From: Felis catus
Taxonomy: Eukaryota
Reading direction: 5' to 3'
DNA length: 64,000 nucleotides
NCBI RefSeq assembly: GCF_018350175.1
Contig: NC_058368.1
Coordinates: forward strand, 200,448,001 to 200,512,000
In this document: positions 1 to 13,600 of the stretch, piece after piece
Position numbering within the stretch: position 1 is the first letter of the stretch
Layout: each line of letters starts with the position of its first letter
The notes under the pieces: model-generated
Databases searched by the model: none
Seen by the model: only the letters and a program-made list of their open reading frames with translations
Told to the model about the DNA's origin: nothing
Translations under genes and position numbers: made by a program

Positions 1-167
1 AATTAGGGGATAACTGTCATCTTAAGAATATTAAGTTTTCCAATCCATGAACACTGTATATCTCTCCATTTATTTAAGCCTTCTTTGATTTCTTTCATCA
101 GTATTTTGTAGTTTATAACACAAAGTTACTAGACATATTTTGTTAGATTAAACCTATATATTTCATT
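1..167 (-). mobile_element. Old LINE-1 ORF2 fragment, cut by the window edge
   Basis: Reverse complement reads aatgaaatatataggtttaatctaacaaaatatg...aataaatggagagatatacagtgttcatggattggaaaacttaatatt, i.e. the L1 ORF2 KYLGINLTK...NKWRDIPCSWIGRLNI segment. Confidence 0.85.
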
Positions 168-1044
168 GTAGCTTTGTTCATTTCTTTTGACTAACAAAGG
201 CATTCACATTATTTTCCTCTAAAGCATAATAATAATTAAAAAAGCTGAGTTCATTGTTGAAGACTAAAGATTTTTCTGATTTAATCATGCAGGTTGGAAG
301 TTTTACATGTTATCAGGGGTATTTTGCATGTCCTTATCCACATTCATCATTTTGCTCCTCTAATATTAACAATACACTTCTAAAACAGATTGAAGAAACA
401 AAATTAAACTTATTTCTCCCCTTTAATTGAGATATGAATCTCCAGGAATGACTACACTTTTCTTAGAAGTCAACTAGAGGTTTTTGGCAGAAAAATGTTG
501 TCTCCTAAATCATAGCCCATTGTGAATTAATCTGTCACAGATTGAAAATGTTAGTGCTATTCCAAGAGATTTGGCAGTCTCTACTACATTTAATTGTAGA
601 CATCTTCTATACTTATGATGAGTCTTTTGGTTCAGTTCTACATTATAGAATTGTTTTTCTGAATACATTTGAAGTAACAATGAAAAATTCACCTTTAATT
701 TCACTCCTTTATAGCATGACCGATAAATATATCTCAGTTGAGATGACAAGAAAATAAATAGATACCTTCTGAACATTTCTAAATTCACCCATGAACAGAC
801 AATGACAGCTATATCATAACCCAATCCATTTCCTGACACATGACATTTTTCTTTAGTATGAATCATAAGAATTCCCATTTCAGAGAAGATAAAATATGAT
901 AAAATATATATGACAGAGTTGAAAAAATTATTAATTGTTACTTATTGAGAACATTCTCTACATAAGATCTTTCTAGTTTTAAACATTTTGGAATGGACTT
1001 TGTATGTATCATGCCATTTAATCATTATAAAATACTCTATGAGA

Positions 1045-1257
1045 GGGGCGCCTGGGTGGCTCAGTCTGTTGAGCGACCAACTTCAGCTCAGGTCACGATC
1101 TCACGGTCCATGAGTTCGAGCTCCACATCAGGCTCTATGCTGCCAGCTCAGGGCCTAGAGCCTGCTTAAAATTCTGTGTCTCCCTCACTCTCTCTCCTCC
1201 TCCCCTGCTCGCGCTCTGTCTCTCTCTCAAAAGTGAATAAAGATTTTTTTTTAATTT
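1045..1257 (+). mobile_element. Can-SINE (feline SINEC_Fc-like)
   Basis: ggggcgcctgggtggctcag head, (CT)n and A/T tail; 15-bp TSD aaatactctatgaga at 1030-1044 and 1258-1272. Confidence 0.97.
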
Positions 1258-2299
1258 AAATACTCTATGAGAAATATACTTATAACTCTTTTCATATGAG
1301 GACACTGAAATAACAACCAGGAAGCCAAGTCTTGGTTCCCATAATGCATCAGTAGTGGCATATGAGGCCTTAAGAAATGTGATGCTCCCTCTCCCAGGAA
1401 ATCTTACCTGACATCAAAAGCTTTACACTGACTCTCAAATGGATTTAGTTACCCTGTCTCTATGATCATGCAATATGGCCTGTAAAAACCTATCACTGTG
1501 TTTTTCCACATTGCATTATAATGATCTGTTTCTGTGTTTATCAATACTCTTAGAGTCTGAACTTCTTGAAAGCAAGAACTATGCTTGTTTCACTCTGTTC
1601 ACTGATGAAGCAGACAAGGATTCCAACTGAGGATATATTTGACCAATTTGATCTGACTTTAGAGAGACCCTATGCTAGAACATGTTTGTGAAAGTGCAGA
1701 TATATGTGGGTATGAAAGGCAGAGAATATTTTACAGATCCATGTACAAAAGACTGGCTTGTCTCTTACAATAGAATAGCAGCAGCTGAGAACTTTCCTTA
1801 AACTAAAACAAAGTGTATGAACCACCTGGAAGAGAGTAAGGCAGCTAGTGTACGTGATGATCCCTAGAGTAAAGACCTCTGTGGCTTACATTTAGAGCAC
1901 CACCACCACCCTCCCCCCCCCCCCCCGCCCACCGCCAATTAATGATGGCTTCCAGGTAAGCATCGTAGCTTCTCACTCGAAAGTAAAACCTTTATATTAA
2001 CAAGCCCACCCATGTGCCCAGAGCTTTGTAAGCTTATATTGGGGTCAGGGAGCTCATTATTAAATATGGATGAATACCCATGTGTTGTCAAAGTTTTAAG
2101 AAAAGGCTAAACAAGAAAGATTAAGATAAATAAAATTTTTAAATAACTTTAGGATAAAATAGATAAATTAAAAAAAACACTAGGAAATAAGTATAAATAT
2201 ATACATAAATACATAATCCTAGGAGAAATAGAATATGCTATACAAGTATAGTATAAAACTTAAAACTTTAAGTATAATCCTTATACTGAGTTGAAAAAA

Positions 2300-2690
2300 T
2301 AAAAATCAGAATAAATGCCAATAAAAAGCAGCTCAAAAGAAGAAAGAACTTTTAGAAATTAAGCATTAGTTTCCAAGATATAACACTCAATAGAAGGGTT
2401 ATAAGTACAATTGAGAAAAGCTTCTAAAGAAAAGCAAAAAATCAATGAGATTCAAAAATTGAAAGAAAAAAGTATACAGAATTTCAATTCTGGATGGCCA
2501 AAATCTGATCAATAGATTTGACAAAGACTAAATAGATGAAATGAAGAGAAAGACCTATCCAAGAAATCATGCAAGCAAATCTGTCAAGCTGAAGAGAGTT
2601 TGCCAACAAACTGAAATGGCCTACCATATGCTAAATGAGATGAATTAACAAGGATGAATTAAACCTATCATGGTGAAATAGAGAACAAAA
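2300..2690 (+). mobile_element. Degraded L1 ORF1/HAL1-like fragment
   Basis: A-rich sequence resembling recalled L1 ORF1 coiled-coil/RRM consensus (aagaacttttagaaatt...actcaatagaagggtt...aagaaatcatgcaagcaaat...atcatggtgaaat). Confidence 0.55.
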
Positions 2691-3481
2691 AATTAACAGC
2701 CACTACAACAGTAATAATCACAACCAGTAAAATTGAGCACTTACAGTAATATGACATTTTACAAAGATCTTCTCATTGCTTGCCCCATCCATATACCTCT
2801 TTCCCTGACTTTATTAATCTGGATATTTACATCTTGCTTCTTCAGGTTTCTGCCCAACCTGCTGAGCCATTTGCCCCTGCACATTATTCCAGGTATATAC
2901 TCATCTACTTCTCTCCTCAGAGAAAGATGATGAGATGCTGTGGCTGAAGCCCTACCCTTTGGTAGGAATTCTCCTCACTGATATGGGACACCTTTGAATG
3001 GGTCTATAGTACATGAGTAGTTTATATTTGGCTCATCTCCACATACCAAATTACCTGTCTGAGAATGAAGCTCAAAGTGTTTCCTCTCTGCTAGCTAGTT
3101 TCAACACTCAGTCATTATATAAATATATAGATATAAAAATATGTATCTATATTTGTCTGTCTGTCTGTCTGTCTGTATGTGTAAACCAAGGGAGAAGCAT
3201 CATTTCAGTTGTAGCAGATGATAAGGGTTCTGGGCTACCTTTTCATTTAAGCTTACATGTACCATGAGAACCTTCTCAAGCTTGATTCCAAATGTAATGC
3301 CTCCACTTTAAAGTTGCTGTTGGATGTACCAACAAGGTAACTTGGTAGATCTGACAGAGTTCAGCTCATGATGGATAATTCTAGTCACTAGGGCAGTTGA
3401 TATCCCATGTTTGGCAGCATACTCATAGGTTCTGAGGATTAGAGTACAGAAACTTTGGGGGAGCATTATTCGTCCTACCAC

Positions 3482-3782
3482 AGGTAGGAACAGTTTCAGA
3501 CCACAGCACTGTCTCAGAAAGGTTTTGGCTGGGCTGATGTGAAGTCCTCAGGCCACAGTTGCTAACTAAAGGATCTTGGGTCTTGCAGGAATCTTGGGTC
3601 TTGGATCTTGGGTCTTACATTACTACACTCACTGTTGTCGATCATTGTCTGGGAGCAGTTTGTGGGAAAATGGACTCAGTGTAAACACAGTAGTGGATCC
3701 AAAGGGGAATGGCTAATGCCATCAGTCAGTTATGGTTCCTGAAGCAGAAGATCTGAGAGGTGTAATTTTTACGGCTGCCACA
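3482..3782 (-). mobile_element. LTR16-family (ERVL) solo LTR fragment
   Basis: Reverse complement begins tgtggcagcc...ctcagatctt...ggatccactactgtgtttacactgagtcc...ctgctcccagacaatga, collinear with recalled LTR16C consensus. Confidence 0.75.
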
Positions 3783-3922
3783 AAGACCTCTCAAGTATTG
3801 TAATTTTACTTTACTATTTGTTGCCTTAGTTTTCAGTTGGTACCGTTATCCACCATGATTCATAAGGGTTTTGCAGATTTCTGATTGGTAAATTAAATGG
3901 AAATTAAGATAGATAGATTAAC

Positions 3923-4068
3923 ACAGGGATGTGCCATCCAGATCCCTTTTGAGGAAGAACTTGCTGCCTACCTGTCTATATGGAGTGTGGTGAGTAGAAA
4001 GCGTCCAGTTTTGAAGAACGTTCAGAGTCTTCCTTAGCTTCAGAGAATTGCTTTGCTTAAGTCCATCC
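3923..4068 (+). mobile_element. LTR16-family fragment
   Basis: gggatgtgccatccagatcccttttgaggaagaacttgctg resembles the 5' part of LTR16A-type LTRs. Confidence 0.55.
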
Positions 4069-4199
4069 ATTTAAACTATGCTCCTGCCACCCTCATTAGT
4101 GCATTCCTTATCACCTTGGTAAACAAAATGTCCTAAAGTCCCTCCAAAACAACATGGTCAGTTGGTGAGTTTTCTAATTTGTATCATAAACCTATTCTA

Positions 4200-4410
4200 T
4201 TATGCTTACTTTTCTGTCTTGATCTCTTCCTGTGGACATAGTTAGATATAGGTGATATAGATATAGGTATAGATATAGATATAGATATAGATATAGATAT
4301 AGATATATAGATACAGATATAGATACAGATATATGTATAGATACAGATACAGATATAGACACACACACATACATCCTATTGATTCTGTTCCTCTGGAGAA
4401 CCCTAACACA
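4200..4410 (+). mobile_element. MLT2-type LTR 3' end with expanded (ATAG/ATATAG/ATACAG)n tract
   Basis: Ends in catcctattgattctgttcctctggagaaccctaacaca, the typical MLT2 terminus; microsatellite at about 4243-4372. Confidence 0.75.
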
Positions 4411-6336
4411 TTCATTGATTAATTAATTTCTTACTTTCATATATTTCTTATAATGTTTTATATTATAAACATTAGTATCATTTAAATTTTAGTATCATTT
4501 AAATTTTAAATTTAAATTTCAGTATCATTTAAATTTTAAATAATACCTAATTTTTTCATATATTCTAATGATAATTTTGAGATGGAATTTTAATGAGACA
4601 TCTTAGAACTTTTTAAATATTAGCATTCTGAAACAATAACATGTACCCTTATAAGATAAATGATATTTACAGACACTATCACACCAGGAGAATGGGTTAT
4701 TTCTTTCTTGAAAATTGAACTGAAACATATAAATTTATAATTCAATGTCTACTTTTGTGATTCAATGAATAATTACCATCTTCAATGTATGTAGCTAGAG
4801 AAGAAATTTTTTTTGCAAAAGTATAAAGTAAATGAAAGGTGTGGTGTTTTATCGTTAGTTGGACTTTATTCCATTGCAAAAACAAACCCGTGTTTCTTCA
4901 AGTGAAGCAATGTATTTAAAGGATGATAGAGAATTAAGGGAAAGAGGAGAAGTCACATTGCCCAGCTTAATAGAATGATGGAACTGAAAGGTACATTTGG
5001 GAACAGTGCAAATGGAGATGGGTTATCCAGTCCTTTGTATTTTGTTTCATATCCTGAGCATGGCTATTTGGATTAATCATGTATATATATTTAGCTTCTG
5101 CTCTGGATCAGTTTCTTCACGAATAAGGTCTGGGAATTAATATTCAAAAACTTCCCCTAGTTCCAGTTATGCAGTCAAATGAGCACTTCCCCATGACTGG
5201 GCCTTGCAAAGCACTGCTCTTCTCTAGTGATCCATCAGGAGCTTGTTGCACAGTTTTTGTTTCTGCTACTAATCACCAATTGATTTTACCTTACGTATAT
5301 CTCTCATTTAGCCTCACAAAGGGGGACCAGATCACTTCTATCAAACACAATCATTTATTAAATAGTCTATTCATAAATTTATATTTATACATGTATGTGA
5401 ATATGAACATATATAAAGGTGCATGTGTATGTACATGCACACTTATGTATATGCTCATACACAGTATACACATGTGTATATGAATATGCTCATGTACAAT
5501 TGCATGTATATATGCACATACTCATGCATGCAACTGTACAAGAGCAAATATATTTTTCCAACTTATCTTTTTGGGCCTAGATCTTGAATTTCCTTTTTTA
5601 CTTCTTCTACTTTCCTTTTTCTGTCCTTTTTTGAACATTTGCTATTCATTAAACACAGTGGTTCTGTGTTGTATCTTTGCCAAAGAAGGGTCACACTGGG
5701 TCAATATTTTGGAGAAAGCTAGATTTACTTCTCAGTCTACTTTTATGTTGTTGTCCCAGGTTTATTGACAATATTACAGTATAGCAGAAAGATTCAAATG
5801 GCTCCATATGGTGTTTTGAAATCCATTCCAACTATGGGCTGAGAGTAACCTTAAGGTTGGACAGATTGCCAAAGTTCAAGAGATTCAACATTTATTTAGT
5901 GTCAGAATCTACTTAAATGATTTCCTGATCCAGGGCTGAGACTCAGGAACATAATTATTCCTTTCTCTCTCCTTCTTCTGTAAGGTAATAGGGATAATTC
6001 TCATGAGGCCACTCTAAAGCCCCTTCATCAGATGTGTGGCACAGCGTACTATCTTGTTGTGGACATTCTTGCTGGGAATAATGGTGACTCCTTGCTCATG
6101 TGCTTGTTCACATGGAAAGTTGTTACCCAGACATATGTAGTATGTCTCTATGAAGACCTAGACTATATTCTTCAGTTTGGTGTGGATGCTGCCCAATTGG
6201 TGGGTCCCTAGTAAAAGATTTTGTTCTACATTTGTGAATTCATTTTTTACTGCCTTATTTTTGGTAGGAGCTACATTGTCCTATAAGATGTGGCAGCAGG
6301 TGAAATAATAGGTCTTCATCAAAAAACAGAGATTGA

Positions 6337-6547
6337 TGAGCACCTGGGTGGTTCAGTCAGTTAAGCGTCCAACTCTTGGTTTCTGCTCAGGTCATGATCT
6401 CACAGTTCATGAATTCAAGCCCTGCATCAGGCTTCATGCCGACAGTGTGGAGCTTGCTTGGGATTCTCTGACTCCCTCTCTCTCTGCCCCTTCCCTTGCT
6501 CACTCTCTGTCTCTCTCAAAATAAATAATAAACATTAAAAAAAAAAC
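6337..6547 (+). mobile_element. Can-SINE
   Basis: tRNA-like head, CT tract and A tail; TSD cagagattga at 6327-6336 and 6548-6557. Confidence 0.95.
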
Positions 6548-8689
6548 CAGAGATTGAGCCTGCCCAGTAGGATCACAAATGTATAAGTAACAGATCTGAT
6601 GGATATTGTTGCATTTTTTAAAATAGCAAGACTAGCTACACATTAGAAGCAAAAATATTATTGAGATCAGAAGTTTAATGGTAAAAATGGTAGAAAGTTT
6701 ATTGGTGGAAATCGGAAGATAGTGTCAAAATTGAGTTCATTGTTCTCAGCATGGTAGACTTTGATCATGATTAGGAGCTTTATACTTTGCCATAAATAAT
6801 TTTGATTGGACAGTGTGTCACAGATGGTGAGTGATTCTTCAACAATATTATAAGGAGTCTGTACTTAGTGTCTTTTTAATACTCAACTGAAATTAGATCT
6901 TTGAAAATAAATCCATGGGCATTTATTTACAACTTTTGCTCACCTGTGTACAATGCATAATGTAATGTAAGTGCTGAACTTGCAGAGAAGAAGCAGAGAT
7001 GGAAAGGACTGAATCAGTATGCGTGAAGCTTGAGAAACATTGCTATAAGGAAAATCATGGTGGTCCTATTCTTTTGTCAATCAAACATGAGGGCAATCAG
7101 TGGGGATTTGTTTTCTTCAATCTTAAAAATACATTAAAAAGGAAATAGCTGCTTTTTCTGGCTTCCAGATGCTGTCATGTCTGCATGTGGAACATAGAAT
7201 CACAGAAACCCCTTGGTACCATAGTGTTAGATTAAAGAGCCATACTCAGGACTTTCCATTTTTTTCCTTCAGAGAGGAAAAGGGAAAGACCACTTTCTCA
7301 ATGACCCAATTATATTGTCAAGTCACTGAATTAATAAAACGTGGAGCCTCCCTTCCTCCTAATTCCTTTTTATTTGAGACAATATGTCTCATTGTTCAAA
7401 CTATTTTAAACTGGCCATTCTCTTACTTGCAGCCAAATTCTTTGCAACTTATTTGCATAGATTAATAACATTTGTTCTTTTCAAAAAAATCTGTGACATA
7501 AAGCAAATATTAATAGCTTCATTTTAAAAGATGAGTCTCTTGCAGTTCAGAAAAATCAAATGAGCTGCTTAGAGCAAATCTATGATTAGAATTCTGCTAA
7601 TTAATCCTGGAGCTTAAGGGGTATTATTATACAGTGTCACATTGCTTTTCAAAAAGAACACATGCAGAATGACTGAATGCTAATGAGTACACTTTTACAG
7701 TATACAGTGCCTCTCAGAAGAAAGGCATTTCAACGGGGGAGACCCATTCTGCTCTAAGTATGTAGTAGAAGTAAAAAGTGATAATGGAACAATTGCCAAG
7801 TAGGAAAACCAATTATTGTATGTACATTCTTTCAATTGCTCATTCATTAATTTTTTCATTCATTCATTCATTCAACATACATGTATTGAGTATCTTTTAT
7901 ATATCATGAAATATACTAGCATCTGGTGTTACAGAAATAAAGTATAAATAGCCTTGCCTCAAAGAATATACTGTAGTATACTATAAAGTATATAAATCTT
8001 ATAAACATGTAAAATGTGGAATGAAATATTTCCCATCCAACGGATTTGATACTGGATGATATTTCACCCTGACTCAGGGAGTCAGAGGTGATTAGCAATG
8101 GGAAGAAGAGCTAAGGACCCAGTGGATAAATTTGAGAGGCAGTAGTATTAGTGATTAATATATATGTTTGTCAAGGAAGAGCATTAATCTTACAGAAGAT
8201 GACAAGGGACATCAAGAGTCCAAAAGAGATAACTAAGCAAACGAGCAGGTTGGTTTACCACAACTTCAAAGGTGCTGAAAGTAGATAATGAGTCCCAATA
8301 GATGAGGGTACTGATCTATTCATTGCTCACAGCACAGCAAACACTAAAAGCATCAGCATTGTGACATTTTTCCCATCATGTTATGGTTCCACACAGACCA
8401 TATAATGGCTTCACACTCAGTAGGTTGCATAGTAGTTAAAGAACCAGGAGTAAGTCTTAACACCTATTGCAGCAGGCAATAAGCAAGCCAACCAACCTCC
8501 CTTGAGAAGCAAGATCTTACATGGCAATCACAATGTAGATGCCTTGACTCGTTTAATTGTCTTTGTGACTAGCTACCAGAGGATGCCTCAGGGTCAGAGG
8601 ATGGTGAAGCTTACAGCAGTCCAGTCTACTCAGCAAAGTGTCAATCTGACTCTTGCTTAGAGTCAGATTTCCTGAAGGAAGTCTGACAT

Positions 8690-8855
8690 TTTACCTTTAC
8701 CATTTAGTGGCTCTACATACTTTGGCAACTTAGTCCACCCCTTTGTCTCTCCATTTGTAATGTGAAATTTTAATAGTGTCTTGTCCATGAGATTGTTTAA
8801 AATAGGGCCTGACATTTAGTAAATACTAAATGAATGTTCATTTTTACTATCATTC
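8690..8855 (+). mobile_element. MIR
   Basis: Degenerate MIR core and 3' end (ttggcaacttagtcc...ctccatttgtaatgtg...cctgacatttagtaaatactaaatgaatg). Confidence 0.6.
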
Positions 8856-9384
8856 AGTGCAGCGACAGTTTCAGGTTGCTGAAAGAAAGAATGAATATAA
8901 TTAAAATGTAAAAATGCCAATTGTGCTTTTGCCAGAGATATACTAACACGTATATATGGTTGGAAAAAATGAAATCAAGGACCTAATGTTGAGTGAGAAA
9001 GAGGAGGATGGCAAATGTACCCAAATGGTCACAAAGCCCAAAGAATCAATGTAGATGGATCATTTGTAATTCCAATACACTTTTTTTTTTCAGTAGAGGA
9101 TCAATGCCTATGTCCATCCGTTTTTTTTTAACTTTTTAAAAAATAAGTTAGAAAATTGAACATTTTCTCTTACATTGTGTTTCTGATTATTACTGAAAGA
9201 TCAATAACCAGATTTAAAAATCGATATATTGACTTGTAGAAATTTCAATAAAGGGCATAAAAATCAGTTATATTCCTAAAAATGTAAACACGTACTTCCT
9301 TCTCATGCCTGAAATATTATATATAATATTGCTACTCTGGTCATTTTACCATTCATAATAATGACAATAATGTAACAGTAATAG

Positions 9385-9600
9385 ATTATAGCTACTGAGT
9401 GCTTACTCCATGCCTGGCTTTTTTTCCCCAACTTTAAGTACTATGCACAGACTAATTTATTTAACTCTCAAAACTATTATATAAGCAAGTGCTATTATTA
9501 CCTCATTTTATAGATAAAGAAACTGAGGCATAAAGAGATTAAATTGTTCAAGGTCACAGAACTAGTTAGTAAGTGTCTGAATTATGACACAGAGACTAAA
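9385..9600 (-). mobile_element. MIR
   Basis: cattttatagataaagaaactgaggcataaagagattaaattgttcaaggtcacagaactagt is the MIR core on the reverse strand. Confidence 0.85.
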
Positions 9601-10524
9601 CTATAGAATGTAAACACACAACATTAAGAAGGATAGAACCTGATAGCAAATGTCAAGTAAGGAGATTGTTTTCTGCAAAAATGTAATCCACTTTTTGATA
9701 TACCTTATTTATGCACAAAAAACCCATGATCAGTGAACAAATCCTTAATGAGTAAGTCATTTTGAACAGCCCTGCCCAAATTTACTGCTAGAGGTCCAGT
9801 GACCTATCTGCTGACCTGGAACTTTGGTGTCAAAAGTTCTCGCTGAGCTTTAACCATGCATATCTTATAGATTCCCAGACTAGTAAAGGGGCTTTATTTT
9901 CTGTCTTGATAGATTTATGGATTTATTTATTGTAAATTACTCACAAGAGAGAGACATTTCATTGTAAAACACCCCCAGTATTGATTCAGTAAAATGAGGG
10001 TGTCATCATTAAACAAATCTTCCCGAATACCCAAACTATTAAAACTAATTGACTGTGTCTCTTCTTGAAGGTTAGCTAGGCGTTTCATGTGCTCACTAAG
10101 GAAGGTTTTGTCTGGCATTTCCACCCCATTCACACACTATCTCAGATGACACCTGTTGCTCAAGGCTTCATGAAGATTTTCCCCATCTTTTTATAGAAGA
10201 AAAGTAATCTAGGAATGCTAAAAATGAGAACTTTTAAAATTATAATCACTGTAATATACTCATTTCTGTTTATTTTTTAATAGTTTAATAGTTCAGTTAT
10301 CTAAACTACAAGCAATCTGTTTTTTAAGGGAAAAAATAGAATTATTTTATTTATAGTGTTTCCTATGGAGCGTTTTAGAATTTTTTTTCCAGTGTTGTTT
10401 TCCGTTATCCTGTATTAATTCTTTGATTTGACTAGTGGCTTAGAGGAGGGGTTGGTGTCCTCCTTGTTGTTGATTGCTTCTTCAGACAATTATTCCCAAT
10501 TCACGTTATTTAAAATAAAGTAAA

Positions 10525-10860
10525 GGGATGTCTGGCTGGCTCAGTTAGTAGAGCACCTGACTCTTTTTTTAAAAAAAAATTTAATGTTTATTTATTTTTA
10601 AGAGAGAGACAGAGTACGAGTGGGGGAGGGGGAGAGAGAGAGGGAAACAGAATCCAAAGCAAGCTCCAGGCTCTGAGCTGTCAGCACAGAGCACAACACG
10701 GAGCTCGAACCCATGAACTCTGAGATCGTGACCTGAGCCCAAGTCAGATGCTTAACTGACTGAGCCCCCCTAGGCGCCCTGAGCATCTGACTCTTGATAT
10801 CAGAGCCATGAGTTCAAGCCCCCACATTGGGCATGGATCCTACTTAAAAAAATAAGTAAA
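10525..10860 (+). mobile_element. Short older Can-SINE (tRNA-Lys-like, SINEC_old type), interrupted by a younger SINE
   Basis: gggatgtctggctggctcagttagtagagcacctgactctt [insert] gatatcagagccatgagttcaagcccccacattgggcatggatcctacttaaaa; TSD taaaataaagtaaa at 10511-10524 and 10861-10874. Confidence 0.9.
10566..10780 (-). mobile_element. Can-SINE nested in antisense orientation inside the older SINE
   Basis: Full reverse-strand SINE flanked by gagcacctgactctt (10551-10565) and gagcatctgactctt (10781-10795). Confidence 0.97.
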
Positions 10861-11029
10861 TAAAATAAAGTAAAAATAACCTATTTTGGGGGGCTAGTGC
10901 TCTATAGCTGAATCACTAGCTCCTTCTTCATAAAGTGTAAATGTTGGCGCATGAGGGTTTTCTCTGTCTTCTGTGGACGTGTCAATATCCACAGGACTGA
11001 CTCATCCAGTTCCCTGACATACATGTTTC

Positions 11030-11350
11030 TTGATTTAACTTTACTTCATCCACACTACCAAAGTCACATGTTGAACACTGTCATTGCCAGAAATAACTCT
11101 ACGACCCCAAATCACTGAAATAGAGCATGGGATTCTCTGATAAAATTTTCCTATAATTCTAGCTTGAGAGCTCCAATATCCCTACCGGGACTTTTCCTGA
11201 GTTCTTGGAGACTCTCTTCTTTTTATCAGTCATGTCCCCTTCTCCTTTTGTTTTTGTTCACGTTCAGTTTAGTTTCCATTACAGTAACAATCTTGCTTCT
11301 TTATCTTAGATTATTAATTTGGCAAAACCCAAACCATGGGTGAACAAAAA
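11030..11350 (+). mobile_element. LINE-2 fragment
   Basis: catccacactaccaaagtcacatgttgaacactgtcattgccagaaataactct resembles the recalled L2 endonuclease C-terminal region. Confidence 0.5.
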
Positions 11351-12809
11351 TATTTACTAACTTTCTATTATTTTGCAGCTGATTACTGTTCAAGAAAATT
11401 ATGGATTAGAATAAAATTGGTACCACTGTCAATTTACGATTACCAGTCTCAAATGTTCTTTAATCAGCACAGAATTTCTACTATGTTTTTCCAGTTGACT
11501 CACTCTCTTGGCACTTACAACAAAAACTATTTTAAATCTTCTTTAGTCAGTTCAAAAACAATCTGCCATTCCACTGTAATTACTGTCAACAACTGGGCAT
11601 GTTTTCTCCATCACAAAGACAATAGAGAACATAGACAAAAATTCACTCAAATTATTATTTAATTATTGGACATTTGCATATGTTTTCTCCTTGTTCCCTT
11701 CTTTAAGAGAAGTTGTATATTTTTTCTCTATAGCCAGTGTTTTCACCATTAATTGCTCTGGATCCCGCACATCCTAAATTTCTCAAAATTTACGAAGGAT
11801 AGTAGTTTGGAAACCACCCTGCCCTCATTCTGTGTAAGGGGAGATTTGGAGGGCCAAGAAAGAAAGAGTAGTTTACACTAGTGTGGTAGGACCTATAATA
11901 CCTTACCCAAGAAAAAAAAATATATTTATTTGCAAATAATAGTTATGTAATTTTCCCACACAAGTGAAATCAAAATCATGTTCAAAGAAGGAATATGTTC
12001 TATGCAAATGAGATTAGACTGTATTACCACTGAAGTCAGATGAGCTTGATTTTTAGGTAAACAAGTGAAAAACTTAGTTATAGCTCATCTCAATAGGGAA
12101 GTAAGCTAGAATGGGAGCATCTGCTTTTGCCCTCACTTCTTGCCTACAGGCCATAGCACTTTCTATTTAGAACCAAAAGACATAAGTAAAACACAACCTT
12201 CATGATCATCTGACTAAGTTGAAATACTTTACTTTGTAAGGCACAAAAAAGAGACCAAGGTTGAATATAAGAGTTGTGGGGGAGGGAGGGAGGGACTCAA
12301 AATTCAGGATGCAAGGAGGGATTTCCTGAGGGCAGGTGGCAGGAGAAGATTTGGAAGCATGAAAATAGAAAATGGGAGGGAAAAAAAAGAAGGAACATAC
12401 TCATAGCAAAGGTCCAAGTCTGTGAATTAAGAGAGAATATAAAAAGTCAAAGATACCTTCTCCATATTCTCTATGTGTATTATTCTGTTTTTATCATGTT
12501 TTTCTATGAAGAACATGATTTTCTATCTTATAACCTATGTTGTGTTAGGTCTACAGAAAATTAGCCTAACAAGCAGAATTTAGGAATAAAGGTGTAATTT
12601 CAACTTAATCATTTTGTGGGAGTTCCGATGGAGACAGAGACAAAGCTTGCTAGGCTTACCTGAGAATTGCTACACTATTTCTACTGGTCATGATAGTTAT
12701 AGGGTTACCCAAGTGCCATGAGCATCTGAGAAAACTCTCAGGGACTGAAAACCATAAGAATAAACTTCCTACCTGTTTATACCCTTACCACCCCTAAACA
12801 CCACTTCAA

Positions 12810-13360
12810 CTCTCTCAGAGTTGGTTTCCATCTATTTTCATTATTCTCTTGGAATAGTTCTGTTCACTTTGCTATAAGTCAGTATATCGAGTTTCTCCCC
12901 CCCCCCCCCCAGTCCTCTCAATACTGGATCTTCTGATTGTATTCAAGTGGTTTTTCCATTTTTCAAAAATCCCTTGGCATTGGCACATTTGCCATTTTTT
13001 CTTGTACTCTTTTGCCATTTCTTCTCAATTTTCTTTCCATTTCAAATTTTTCTAACTGGTTCCTAAATGTTGAAATTCCTCAAGGCTTGTTCCTGATTTT
13101 CACTCCTCTCTCATGTTCCATTCTCTCTTTACACTATCTCATCTATGCCTATGACTTCAATTACTGTCTCTGGAATAATGATTCTGAAATTTCAATTTTT
13201 AGCTCCAAGTTGTCTGAATTTCAGACCTATCACACTGGCTAGCTACATCTTCACTTGGATATCTCAAAGACACCTGCTGTATATGCTAGAATTGAACCCA
13301 TAGCTTTCTTTCCAATCTTTGCCATCTTCCATTATTTCCTTGTGGGATAAATTGACATAA
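12810..13360 (+). mobile_element. LINE-2 reverse-transcriptase remnant
   Basis: ORF 12937-13242 reads LNVEIPQG...LIYAYDFNYCLWNNDSEISI, a decayed version of L2 GVPQGS...LIHSHGFNYHLYADDSQIYIS. Confidence 0.85.
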
Positions 13361-13392
13361 TGATATTGAAAATTTATATTCAGAATTTGTGA

Positions 13393-13600
13393 GTTTTTTT
13401 AAGTTTATTTATTTATTTTGAGAGAGACAGAGGCAGCATGGGTGGGGGAGGGGCAGAGAGAGAGGAAAGAGAGAGGATTCCAAGCAACCTCCCTGCTGCC
13501 AGCACAGAGCATGGGGCTCGAACCCAGAAAGCTGTGAGATCATGACCTGAACCGAAACCAAGGGTCAGATGTTTAACTGATTGAGCCACCCAGGCACCCC
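13393..13600 (-). mobile_element. Can-SINE
   Basis: Reverse-strand SINE; TSD ta(t/c)attcagaatttgtga at 13375-13392 and 13601-13618. Confidence 0.96.

Noticed and set aside
4184..4374. Low-complexity ORFs (ISISIS / YLYLYL)
   Set aside because: Translations of an (ATAG/ATACAG)n microsatellite.
5780..6900. Possible ERV or Gypsy internal remnant
   Set aside because: I could not find any gag, pol or env motif by eye, so it is left unassigned.
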